A stretch of DNA of 64,000 nt from Dehalococcoidia bacterium (GTDB taxonomy: Bacteria; Chloroflexota; Dehalococcoidia; Bin125). This document shows positions 54,034 to 64,000 of this stretch, piece after piece. Within the stretch, counting starts at the first letter, position 1. Every line of letters starts with the position of its first letter. The position numbers and the translations under genes are program-made. The stretch is from NCBI GenBank assembly GCA_963662615.2, contig CAXXSR010000001.1:1120001-1184000 (forward strand), written 5' to 3'. The notes under the pieces were generated by a model. It searched no databases, was not told the DNA's origin, and worked only from the letters and a program-made list of their open reading frames with translations.

Positions 54034-55956
54034 GTGACGACATCCCTCTCGGCTCAAGTCCAGGCGCTGCCGGAGCGACCGGGCGTCTACCTCTTCCGCA
54101 ACCAACGCGGCGGGGTCATCTACGTTGGCAAGGCCGCCAATCTGAAGGCGCGGGTGCGCTCCTATTTCGGCTCGCCGCGCTCGCTAGAAGGCAAGACACG
54201 CAATCTCGTCGCGAAGGTCGCCGACCTGCAATATGTCGTCACTAACACGGAGCAGGAGGCGCTCCACCTAGAGGCGACGCTGGTCAAGCGCCATCAGCCG
54301 CTTTTCAACGTCCGCCTCAAGGACGACAAGCACTACCCCTACCTCAAGATCGACGTCGACGAGCCGTGGCCGCGCGTCTACATCACGCGGCGGGTCGAGC
54401 GCGACGGGGCGCGCTATTTCGGGCCCTACGCCAGCGCCAAGTCCGTACGCACCACCCTGGACCTGGTGAAGAAGCTCTTTCCCTGGCGCTCCTGTACCAA
54501 GACCATCACGGGCACCGACCCCCGTCCTTGCCTGGACTACTACATCAAACGCTGCATTGCCCCCTGCACCTCCTTCTGCACGCCACAGGAGTACCGGGCG
54601 GTGATCGATCAGGTGATCCTCTTTCTGGAGGGGCGCACGGACATTGTGCTGCGAGAGCTCAAGCGTCAGATGTCGGAGGCGGCGGAGGGGCTGGCGTTCG
54701 AGCAAGCCGCTCGACTGCGGGACCAGATAGCCGCCGTGGAACGCGTGACCGAGACGCAGGTCATCGCCACCACGGAGGAGGCCGACATTGACGTCTTTGG
54801 CCTGGCGCAGGACGGGAATGAGGCCGTGGGGCAGGTCTTGTTCATTCGCGGGACGAAGATGACGGGCGGCGACCACTTTTCGCTCGTCGGTACCGATGAG
54901 GAAGCGCCTGAGAACGTCCTGAATTCACTCCTGACACAGTTCTACGAGAGCGCCGCGACGGTCCCCCGCCAGGTGCTGCTGCCCCACGACGTCGCGGAAC
55001 GTCCCCTGCTGGCGGCCTGGCTCAGCGCCAAGCGGGGACGCGCCGTGGAGCTGCGGGCGCCCACGCGAGGGGAGAAGCGCCGGCTGGTCGCGATGGCATC
55101 CGACAACGCCCGCGAGGCGCTAGAGATGACGCGGGTGAAATGGATGGCCGATGCCGGCAAGATCAGCGCTGCCCTGGCGGAGCTGGAGGAGGCGCTGGCG
55201 CTGCCCGCGCAGCCCCGTCGCGTGGAGTGCTACGACATCTCCAACACCCAGGGCAGCAACTCGGTCGCCAGCATGGTGGTCTTCCTGGACGGGCAGCCCG
55301 CGCCGCGAGAGTACCGGCGCTTTGAGATCAAGACGGTGGCGGGAGCCGACGATTTCGCCTCCATGGCCGAGGTGCTGGAGCGGCGGTTCAAGCGGCTGGG
55401 CAAGGATCGCCAGGCAGCGCGCGACGCGGCTGCGGCCGTTGCCGCCGACGGGGGCGAGGCCAAGGCCGCGCCGGAGCGCGAGAGCGAAGCGGACGACACG
55501 GAGGCGCCACGCCGTCTGCTGGGTTGGGGAGCGGTGCCGGATCTGGTCATCGTCGACGGCGGCAAGGGGCAGCTGTCCGCAGCCCACGACGTCCTCCGCA
55601 ACCTGGGCGCGGACGACGTCCCCCTAGCGGGGCTGGCCAAGCGCGCGGAGGAGCTTTTCGTCGTGGACAGCAAGGAGCCGATCCGGCTCGATCGCCGCTC
55701 GCAGGGGCTCTACCTCGTCCAGCGCATCCGTGATGAGGCGCACCGCTTCGCCATTGGCTACCACCGTACCTTGCGCAGCAAACGCGGTATGCGCAGCGCT
55801 TTGGACTCCGTGCGAGGCGTGGGCCCGACGCGCAAGAAGGCCCTGCTGCGCCGCTTCGGCAGCGTCAAGGCGATCCGCGAGGCAGAGGTGGATCAACTAG
55901 CGGCCGTCCCAGGCCTGACGCGGCGCGTCGCCAACGAGATCAAAGAGCAGCTGTAG
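54034..55956 (+). CDS. uvrC: Excinuclease ABC subunit C
   Basis: LPERPGVY...YVGKA GIY-YIG domain, ECYDISN, DGGKGQL, RDEAHRFA, HhH. Confidence 0.97.
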   Translation: MTTSLSAQVQALPERPGVYLFRNQRGGVIYVGKAANLKARVRSYFGSPRSLEGKTRNLVAKVADLQYVVTNTEQEALHLEATLVKRHQPLFNVRLKDDKHYPYLKIDVDEPWPRVYITRRVERDGARYFGPYASAKSVRTTLDLVKKLFPWRSCTKTITGTDPRPCLDYYIKRCIAPCTSFCTPQEYRAVIDQVILFLEGRTDIVLRELKRQMSEAAEGLAFEQAARLRDQIAAVERVTETQVIATTEEADIDVFGLAQDGNEAVGQVLFIRGTKMTGGDHFSLVGTDEEAPENVLNSLLTQFYESAATVPRQVLLPHDVAERPLLAAWLSAKRGRAVELRAPTRGEKRRLVAMASDNAREALEMTRVKWMADAGKISAALAELEEALALPAQPRRVECYDISNTQGSNSVASMVVFLDGQPAPREYRRFEIKTVAGADDFASMAEVLERRFKRLGKDRQAARDAAAAVAADGGEAKAAPERESEADDTEAPRRLLGWGAVPDLVIVDGGKGQLSAAHDVLRNLGADDVPLAGLAKRAEELFVVDSKEPIRLDRRSQGLYLVQRIRDEAHRFAIGYHRTLRSKRGMRSALDSVRGVGPTRKKALLRRFGSVKAIREAEVDQLAAVPGLTRRVANEIKEQL

Positions 55957-56047
55957 GGCGCTCGTGCGGCCGCGTCAGGCGCCGCAGCGGCTCTCTCTCG
56001 GCGCTGCGCCCCGGCATCCCCAGCCCGCCCAAAAGGGCTCGACCCTG

Positions 56048-56075
56048 ACGCCAATTTATGTATGTTATGGTCGGC
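56048..56075 (+). other. dif-like Xer binding site candidate
   Basis: ACGCCAATTTA-TGTATG-TTATGGTCGGC, 11-6-11 layout, AT-rich island upstream of xerD. Confidence 0.4.
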
Positions 56076-56342
56076 GGAGCGGCCGGTTTGGCGCCAGTGA
56101 TCGGGAACACGCCGCATGCGTTTGAACCGCTCGCTGCGCGGCCGGCGCGGCCGGGGGCACCGTGCGGAGGGCTCTTGCCGGCGCGATGCCCGTGGCGCGG
56201 GTGTCGTGGCCCCAGAAAGATTTTCCGGGGAAAGTGTGGATAGCCCGTGCACATCGGCTTGTGAGTCTGGAAGGGCCATGCGTATGATGCCGCCGATTAT
56301 CCCCGGGGCGGATCCTCCATCCGAATTTGAGGTAGCGCGCTG

Positions 56343-58711
<2,369 letters not shown>

Positions 58712-58785
58712 CGAGGGTCGCGGAGCGCTGCCCGTAATCCGACGCGCGAGGGGCGGCGGAAGGGCGCGCTCATGCTGACGGTCGC

Positions 58786-59709
58786 ATGACGGGCGACGCA
58801 GGGAACGAGGCGGACTCTCCACCCGCGGCCGGCGACACGGGCGCCGCGCTGCCGCGGGTCTCCCCGATCACCTTCCCAAAGGCCGATCCGGCCGTGGGCA
58901 AGCCGGACGAGACGCAGCCGCAGGCGGTCCGGGATGCCTACCGCGAATGCACCTTCGCGCTGGGGCCGGAGATGGGCTGGCTGCTGGACGCCCTGCGTCT
59001 CCAACGCCAGATCGTGGAGCAGAGCTACCCAAGCAAGTTCCGTAGCCACCGCTACGCGGCCGCCCTTCTCTACTGGTCACGCATCTACAACACCGCTGTA
59101 GAGCTGCTGCGCCTCACCTCCTGGGCGGCGTACACCACCGCGCCGCCCTTGGTGCGGGCCTCGCTCGACTGGCTGGCGGCTGAACACGCGGTCGTGGGCA
59201 GCGAATTTTCGGAATTTGAGGCGTGGTTGCGAGCGGCATACGAGCCCGACCGCGAGCACTCCGCCACCAACGTCGGCATGGGCCAGTACATGGCCGGCCA
59301 GCAGATCGCGATGCGCAAGGAGTTGGCGGCCATCTATCGGGCGGCGGCGGATCTGTCGCGTCCGCACTTCGGCGCCTCCGCGCTGGTGGTGGCGCCCGAG
59401 TCGGACCGGAGGAAGCTGGCGGTGCACTGGGGGGACCAGTCCTTCCACTTCGGCTGGGCACAACTCCTCTTCGGTTGGCAGGTGGCGATCCAGCAGCAAC
59501 AGTTGCGCTTTGCCGTGGGACGACGCCTGTTCGCAGTGGAGCGCGAGGAGCGAGAGCGCTTCCAGGCGCTGGGCCGGCAGTCCGACACCCTGCTCGGGGC
59601 TCGCGACCGCTGTCGCGCCGAATGGGTCAGCGAGGGCGGGCGCCAGCGGCTCTTGATCCACAACTTTCGGCGCCAACCATCGGGCGCGCCCCGGCGGATC
59701 TTGCTCTGA
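58786..59709 (+). CDS. Hypothetical protein
   Basis: 307-aa ORF with coding-like codon usage between eno and gap; no recognised family. Confidence 0.7.
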   Translation: MTGDAGNEADSPPAAGDTGAALPRVSPITFPKADPAVGKPDETQPQAVRDAYRECTFALGPEMGWLLDALRLQRQIVEQSYPSKFRSHRYAAALLYWSRIYNTAVELLRLTSWAAYTTAPPLVRASLDWLAAEHAVVGSEFSEFEAWLRAAYEPDREHSATNVGMGQYMAGQQIAMRKELAAIYRAAADLSRPHFGASALVVAPESDRRKLAVHWGDQSFHFGWAQLLFGWQVAIQQQQLRFAVGRRLFAVEREERERFQALGRQSDTLLGARDRCRAEWVSEGGRQRLLIHNFRRQPSGAPRRILL

Positions 59710-59789
59710 GGCCCCGGCCGAGCGACTGCTCCCGCTTGTTGCGAGAGGGCAGGCATTCTGGGACGCTGCAACGCGTGGAGGGGAACGCC

Positions 59790-60812
59790 ATGGCCACGAA
59801 GATCGGCATTAACGGCTTCGGCCGCATTGGCCGGCAGGTCCTGAAGGGCATCCTGGATTTTCACCGCGACGATCTGCAAGTGGTGGCGATCAACGACCTG
59901 ACCGATCCCGAGACCAACGCGCATCTTTTCAAGTACGACAGCAACTACGGCCGCTACCCCGGCGAGGTCGCGGTGGAGAGCGGCGACCTTGTCATCGACG
60001 GCGACCGCATCGTGGTGCTGGCGGAGCGCGACCCGGCGGCGATTCCCTGGGGCGATTACGGCGTCGAGATCGTCGTCGAGTCGACCGGCTACTTCACGGA
60101 CGGCGCCAAGGCGCGCGGTCACCTCAACCGCGGGGCCAAGAAGGTAATCATCTCCGCGCCCGCCAAGAACGAGGACCTGACCGTGGTGCTGGGCGTCAAC
60201 GACGACCGTTACGACCCCGCTCAGCACGACGTGATCTCCAACGCCTCTTGCACGACCAACTGCCTGGCGCCCGTCGCGAAGGTGCTGGATGAGACTGTTG
60301 GCATCAAGAGCGGCGTGATGTCCACCATCCATGCCTACACGAACGATCAGGTGGTCTTGGACACGGTGCAGAAGGACCTGCGGCGGGCGCGGGCCGCCGC
60401 CCTGAACATCATCCCCACCAGCACCGGGGCGGCGCGGGCCGTGGGGCTGGTGCTGCCCCACCTTGACGGCAAGCTCAACGGGATGGCGTACCGCGTGCCC
60501 ACCAGCACCGTCTCCGTGGTTGACCTGACCGTGGACGCTGAGCACGGCACCAGCGTGGAGGCGGTCAACGAAGCCTTCCGCAAGGCGGCGACGGACCGCG
60601 AATCGCCCCTCTACGGCATCCTCGCCTACGAGGAAGAGCCGCTGGTCAGCAGCGACTTCAAGGGGCACCCGGCCAGCGCCATCGTCGACGGACTCAGCAC
60701 CATGGTAGTGGGAGGCACCTTGGTAAAGGTCGTGGCCTGGTATGACAACGAATGGGCCTACAGCGTCCGCACCGGCGATCTGTGCGCCAAGATCGGCGAG
60801 CTGGGGCTGTAG
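59790..60812 (+). CDS. gap: Type I glyceraldehyde-3-phosphate dehydrogenase
   Basis: [26 protein letters not shown]; RBS GGAGG. Confidence 0.98.
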   Translation: MATKIGINGFGRIGRQVLKGILDFHRDDLQVVAINDLTDPETNAHLFKYDSNYGRYPGEVAVESGDLVIDGDRIVVLAERDPAAIPWGDYGVEIVVESTGYFTDGAKARGHLNRGAKKVIISAPAKNEDLTVVLGVNDDRYDPAQHDVISNASCTTNCLAPVAKVLDETVGIKSGVMSTIHAYTNDQVVLDTVQKDLRRARAAALNIIPTSTGAARAVGLVLPHLDGKLNGMAYRVPTSTVSVVDLTVDAEHGTSVEAVNEAFRKAATDRESPLYGILAYEEEPLVSSDFKGHPASAIVDGLSTMVVGGTLVKVVAWYDNEWAYSVRTGDLCAKIGELGL

Positions 60813-60885
60813 GTCCGCGCGCGCCACCGCGAATGGGGCGGCGGGCAGATCGCCGGGCCCGCGACGCCCGCGTACACTACGACTG

Positions 60886-62220
60886 ATGTTCGAGAACCTG
60901 ACCGACAAGCTACAGGGCGCCTTCGGCCGCCTGGGCCGGCGGGGCACGCTGAGCGAGAAGGACCTGGACGAGGCGCTGCGCGAGATCCGCCTGGCGCTGC
61001 TCGAAGCCGACGTCAATTACAAAGTCGCGCGCGACTTCGTCAAGGCGGTGCGGGAACGCGCGCTCAGCGAGGACGTCCTCAAGAGTGTGACGCCCACGCA
61101 GAAGGTGATCGGCATTGTCAATGGCGAGTTGGTGCGGCTGTTGGGCGGATCGGCGCCCAAGCTCCAGCGATCGTCGCAGCCGCCAACCGTGATCATGCTG
61201 GTGGGGCTGCAGGGATCGGGGAAGACGACTACCGGCGCCAAGCTGGCCCTGCGGATGCGCCGCGGCGGCGACCGGCCGCTGCTGATCGCCGCGGACGTGT
61301 ACCGGCCCGCGGCCGTTGAGCAGTTGCGGCAGTTGGGCAAGCAGCTCGACATCGCCGTGTACGACGAGGGCACGGACGCGTCCCCGGCGGACATTGTTGC
61401 CAATGGCCTCAAAGAGGCGAAGCGCATCGGGGCCGCCGTCGTCATCATCGATACGGCCGGCCGCCTCCACATCGACAAGGAGATGATGGCCGAGATCGCG
61501 GACCTCAGAGAGCGCTTTCAGCCCAGCGAGGCGCTGCTGGTGGCCGACGCGCTGTCCGGGCAGGACGCCGTCAGCGCCGCCCAGGCGTTCCATGACGCCG
61601 TGAACATTAGCGGGGTGATCTTGACCAAGATGGACGGTGACGCCCGCGGCGGCGCGGCGCTCTCGATTCGCGCCGTCACCGGCGCGCCGATCAAGTTCCT
61701 CGGCACCGGGGAGAAGGCGGACGCACTGGAGCCGTTTCACCCCGACCGGCTGGCCTCGCGGATCCTAGGGCAAGGCGACATGGCCACGCTGGTGGAACGG
61801 GCCCAGGAGGAATTCGGGCAGCAGGACGCCAAGAAGATGCAGCGCCGGATGCGCGACGGCACGTTTGGGCTGGATGACTTCGTTGAGCAGGTGGAGAAGG
61901 TGCGGAAAATGGGGCCGCTCAGCCAGGTGCTGGGGATGATCCCAGGGCTCGGGAACCTCCGCCACCAGCTGGACAGCGAGGATATGGACGGCGAGTTCTT
62001 CACGAGAGTGAATGCGATGATCTCGTCCATGACGCCGGAAGAGCGGCGCAAGCCGGAGATCATCAACGGGAGCCGGCGCCGGCGCATCGCGGCGGGCAGC
62101 GGCGCCACGATCCAAGATATGAACCAGCTGTTGAACCAGTTCAAAGAAGCCAAGAAGATGATGAAAGCGATGGCCGACGGACGTTTGGGCCAGTTCGCCG
62201 CGCCCGGCGCCCGTGGTTAG
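60886..62220 (+). CDS. ffh: Signal recognition particle protein
   Basis: MFENLTDKL, GLQGSGKTT, DTAGR, TKMDGDARGG, M domain. Confidence 0.98.
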   Translation: MFENLTDKLQGAFGRLGRRGTLSEKDLDEALREIRLALLEADVNYKVARDFVKAVRERALSEDVLKSVTPTQKVIGIVNGELVRLLGGSAPKLQRSSQPPTVIMLVGLQGSGKTTTGAKLALRMRRGGDRPLLIAADVYRPAAVEQLRQLGKQLDIAVYDEGTDASPADIVANGLKEAKRIGAAVVIIDTAGRLHIDKEMMAEIADLRERFQPSEALLVADALSGQDAVSAAQAFHDAVNISGVILTKMDGDARGGAALSIRAVTGAPIKFLGTGEKADALEPFHPDRLASRILGQGDMATLVERAQEEFGQQDAKKMQRRMRDGTFGLDDFVEQVEKVRKMGPLSQVLGMIPGLGNLRHQLDSEDMDGEFFTRVNAMISSMTPEERRKPEIINGSRRRRIAAGSGATIQDMNQLLNQFKEAKKMMKAMADGRLGQFAAPGARG

Positions 62221-62243
62221 TCGCGCACCCGCGAGGGACTGCA

Positions 62244-62275
62244 GCGCCGCATGACAGTGGCGCCGCATGACAGTG
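62244..62275. repeat. 16-bp perfect tandem duplication upstream of rpsP
   Basis: GCGCCGCATGACAGTG x2. Confidence 0.8.
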
Positions 62276-62324
62276 GCGATAGCTGGTGGCGGCCGTGCCC
62301 AGCCGCACGAGAAGGAGTGACGAC

Positions 62325-62675
62325 GTGCTGAGGATACGACTTACTCGGACCGGCCGGCGGAAGCAGCCACGCTATCGCGTCGTGATTGCGGAGAGCGCCG
62401 CGCCGCGTGACGGCCGCTTCCTGGAGATCGTAGGGCACTACGATCCGATGGCCGATCCGGCGGTCGCGGAGGTGAAAGCCGACCGCGTGGAATATTGGCT
62501 CTCCAAGGGAGCACAGCCCAGCGAGACCGTCCACCGGCTGCTGGCGCGGCAGGGGCTGATGGCTCCGTACCAGTCCAGGCGGCGTCAGCCGGGCCCAACG
62601 GCCGAACGGGAACGCCCGCAGAAAGCGGAGGCCGCCGCCGAAGTTGTGGCCGCATCGGACGAGGCTGGGGAGTAA
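62325..62675 (+). CDS. rpsP: 30S ribosomal protein S16
   Basis: LRIRLTRTGRRKQPRYRVV...RDG...GAQPSETV; GTG start after AAGGAG. Confidence 0.96.
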   Translation: MLRIRLTRTGRRKQPRYRVVIAESAAPRDGRFLEIVGHYDPMADPAVAEVKADRVEYWLSKGAQPSETVHRLLARQGLMAPYQSRRRQPGPTAERERPQKAEAAAEVVAASDEAGE

Positions 62676-62681
62676 GCAAGC

Positions 62682-62909
62682 ATGCGGGAACTCATTGAGT
62701 ACATCGCCAATTGGGTCGTGGACGATCCCGAGGCGGTGCGTGTGGAGGAACGGCAACGGAACGATCGCGTCGTCATCCACCTTGAGGCGGGTCCGCAGGA
62801 CATGGGCCGCTTGATCGGCCGCGAGGGCCGCACCGCCAACGCAATGCGGACACTCCTGAAAGTCGCCGCCAATATGCGCGATCGTACGGCCTCGCTCGAG
62901 ATTCGCTGA
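62682..62909 (+). CDS. khpA: KH domain RNA-binding protein KhpA
   Basis: DMGRLIGREGRTANAMR; position between rpsP and rimM. Confidence 0.92.
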   Translation: MRELIEYIANWVVDDPEAVRVEERQRNDRVVIHLEAGPQDMGRLIGREGRTANAMRTLLKVAANMRDRTASLEIR

Positions 62910-63463
62910 TGCCGCTGCGCGCCGCGAAGCGCCCGCGGCCGTTCGTACAGCCGCGAGAGGGGTACCGCGCCGTTGGCCGCGTGGAACGGCCTTGGGGGCT
63001 TCGGGGCCATGTCAAAGTGCTGCCCCTCACGGACTTTCCCGAGCGCCTCACCGTGGGCGCACGCGTCTTCATCGCCGGGACGCCGCGCGAGGTGGTCGAC
63101 GCTCGCTGGCAGAAGGGACGCGCGTACGTCCTCATGCAAGGCATCGCGGACACGGAGGCGGCGGAGGCGCTGCGCGGTGCCTTGCTGGAGATCCCGGACG
63201 ACGAGCATCCTCACTTTGCCGCAGACGAGTTCTACGTAGACGACATTGAAGGGTGCGCGGTTCGCACACTCACGGGAGAGCTCCTGGGCACCGTTCGCGA
63301 GGTGCTCCAACCGGGCGCGAACGACGTTTACGTGGTGTCGCGGCCGGGCAAACGTGATCTCCTCATCCCCGCCGTCCGCGACGTGGTGCGGCGGGTCGAC
63401 CCGAAGGCGCGGACGGTGACCGTCGATCTCCCCGACGGGCTCGATCCAGATGCCGGCGATTGA
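62909..63463 (+). CDS. rimM: Ribosome maturation factor RimM
   Basis: GRVERPWGLRG, TDFPER, GANDVYVV, LLIPAV. Confidence 0.94.
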   Translation: MPLRAAKRPRPFVQPREGYRAVGRVERPWGLRGHVKVLPLTDFPERLTVGARVFIAGTPREVVDARWQKGRAYVLMQGIADTEAAEALRGALLEIPDDEHPHFAADEFYVDDIEGCAVRTLTGELLGTVREVLQPGANDVYVVSRPGKRDLLIPAVRDVVRRVDPKARTVTVDLPDGLDPDAGD

Positions 63464-63523
63464 CCAGCTTCGGCGGCGGTCTGTAGCCTGAAAATGCGGC
63501 CGGAACCGGGCGCGGGTTCCCGT

Positions 63524-63599
63524 GGGGATATAGCTCAGTTGGGAGAGCGCGGCGTTCGCAACGCCGAGGTCGGGGGTTCGAGCCCCCCTATCTCCACCA
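63524..63599 (+). tRNA. tRNA-Ala(CGC)
   Basis: GGGGATATAGCTCAG, anticodon arm CGGCG-TTCGCAA-CGCCG, G3:U70, CCA. Confidence 0.94.
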
Positions 63600-63726
63600 T
63601 CCCTGCTGACGCCCGCGACCCGTGCAGGTCCGCTTGGCTCCCACGCATTGGATCTTTGTCCGGCAGGGTCGCATAACGGCCACGCCAGTTCGCCGCGCTG
63701 TCCGACGCGGACACGGGAGGGCGGCC

Positions 63727-64000
63727 CTAAGCGATCAGCGCGAGCCCCACCACTGCGATCACCGTGCCCACCGCAACCCAGAGCGTGATCCGCTCTTTGA
63801 GAAAAAGCGCTCCCAGGGGGAGGGCGATGAGCGGGGAGGCGGAAAAGATCACGACCGTTTGACCCGTTCCAACCTCGTCCAAGGCGAAAATGAAGAGGAT
63901 GCCTGCGAGACCCTGCGCCATCATCCCCGACAGGACGAGCACCAGGAGGGCGCGTCGCGAGAGGCTGCGAAGGCGCACCCGGGACTGTGGCCGCGCGGCG
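63727..64000 (-). CDS. DMT/EamA family transporter, C-terminal part (5' end outside the window)
   Basis: SPLIALPLGALFLKERIT...GLAL EamA-type motif. Confidence 0.8.
   Translation of the reverse strand, partial: AARPQSRVRLRSLSRRALLVLVLSGMMAQGLAGILFIFALDEVGTGQTVVIFSASPLIALPLGALFLKERITLWVAVGTVIAVVGLALIA

Overview
High-GC bacterial chromosome segment made mostly of core genes. It is probably Chloroflexota: the 16S matches the CFX1223 probe sequence CCATTGTAGCGTGTGTGTCG at 43281-43300, and there is a GAAC-N4-GTTC LexA box and a translin-like gene. A Dehalococcoidia-related placement is inference only. Contents: DNA repair/replication genes (mutM, polA, uvrA, uvrC, ligA, rnhB, xerD), an alpha2-type GlyRS, a darA/HD-GYP/hppA cluster, ftsH, rplU-rpmA-rpmE, hisHAFI, mreBCD-mrdA-rodA, clpC, rpsA, a split methylmalonyl-CoA mutase with meaB, eno/gap, ffh-rpsP-khpA-rimM, 16S and 5S rRNA and 8 tRNAs. 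The most unusual signals are: (1) an rRNA operon 16S-tRNA-Ile-tRNA-Ala-5S with no 23S gene; (2) an intergenic array of 13 GTC(C) motifs at ~11-bp helical phasing, followed by a 10-bp phased array; (3) three nested REP/MITE-like repeat families seen only in the first 10 kb; (4) a dif-like 28-mer upstream of xerD; (5) tRNA-Arg(GCG); (6) an unannotated small membrane protein translationally coupled to the c-di-AMP receptor DarA. All calls come from reading the sequence by eye; no database searches were run.
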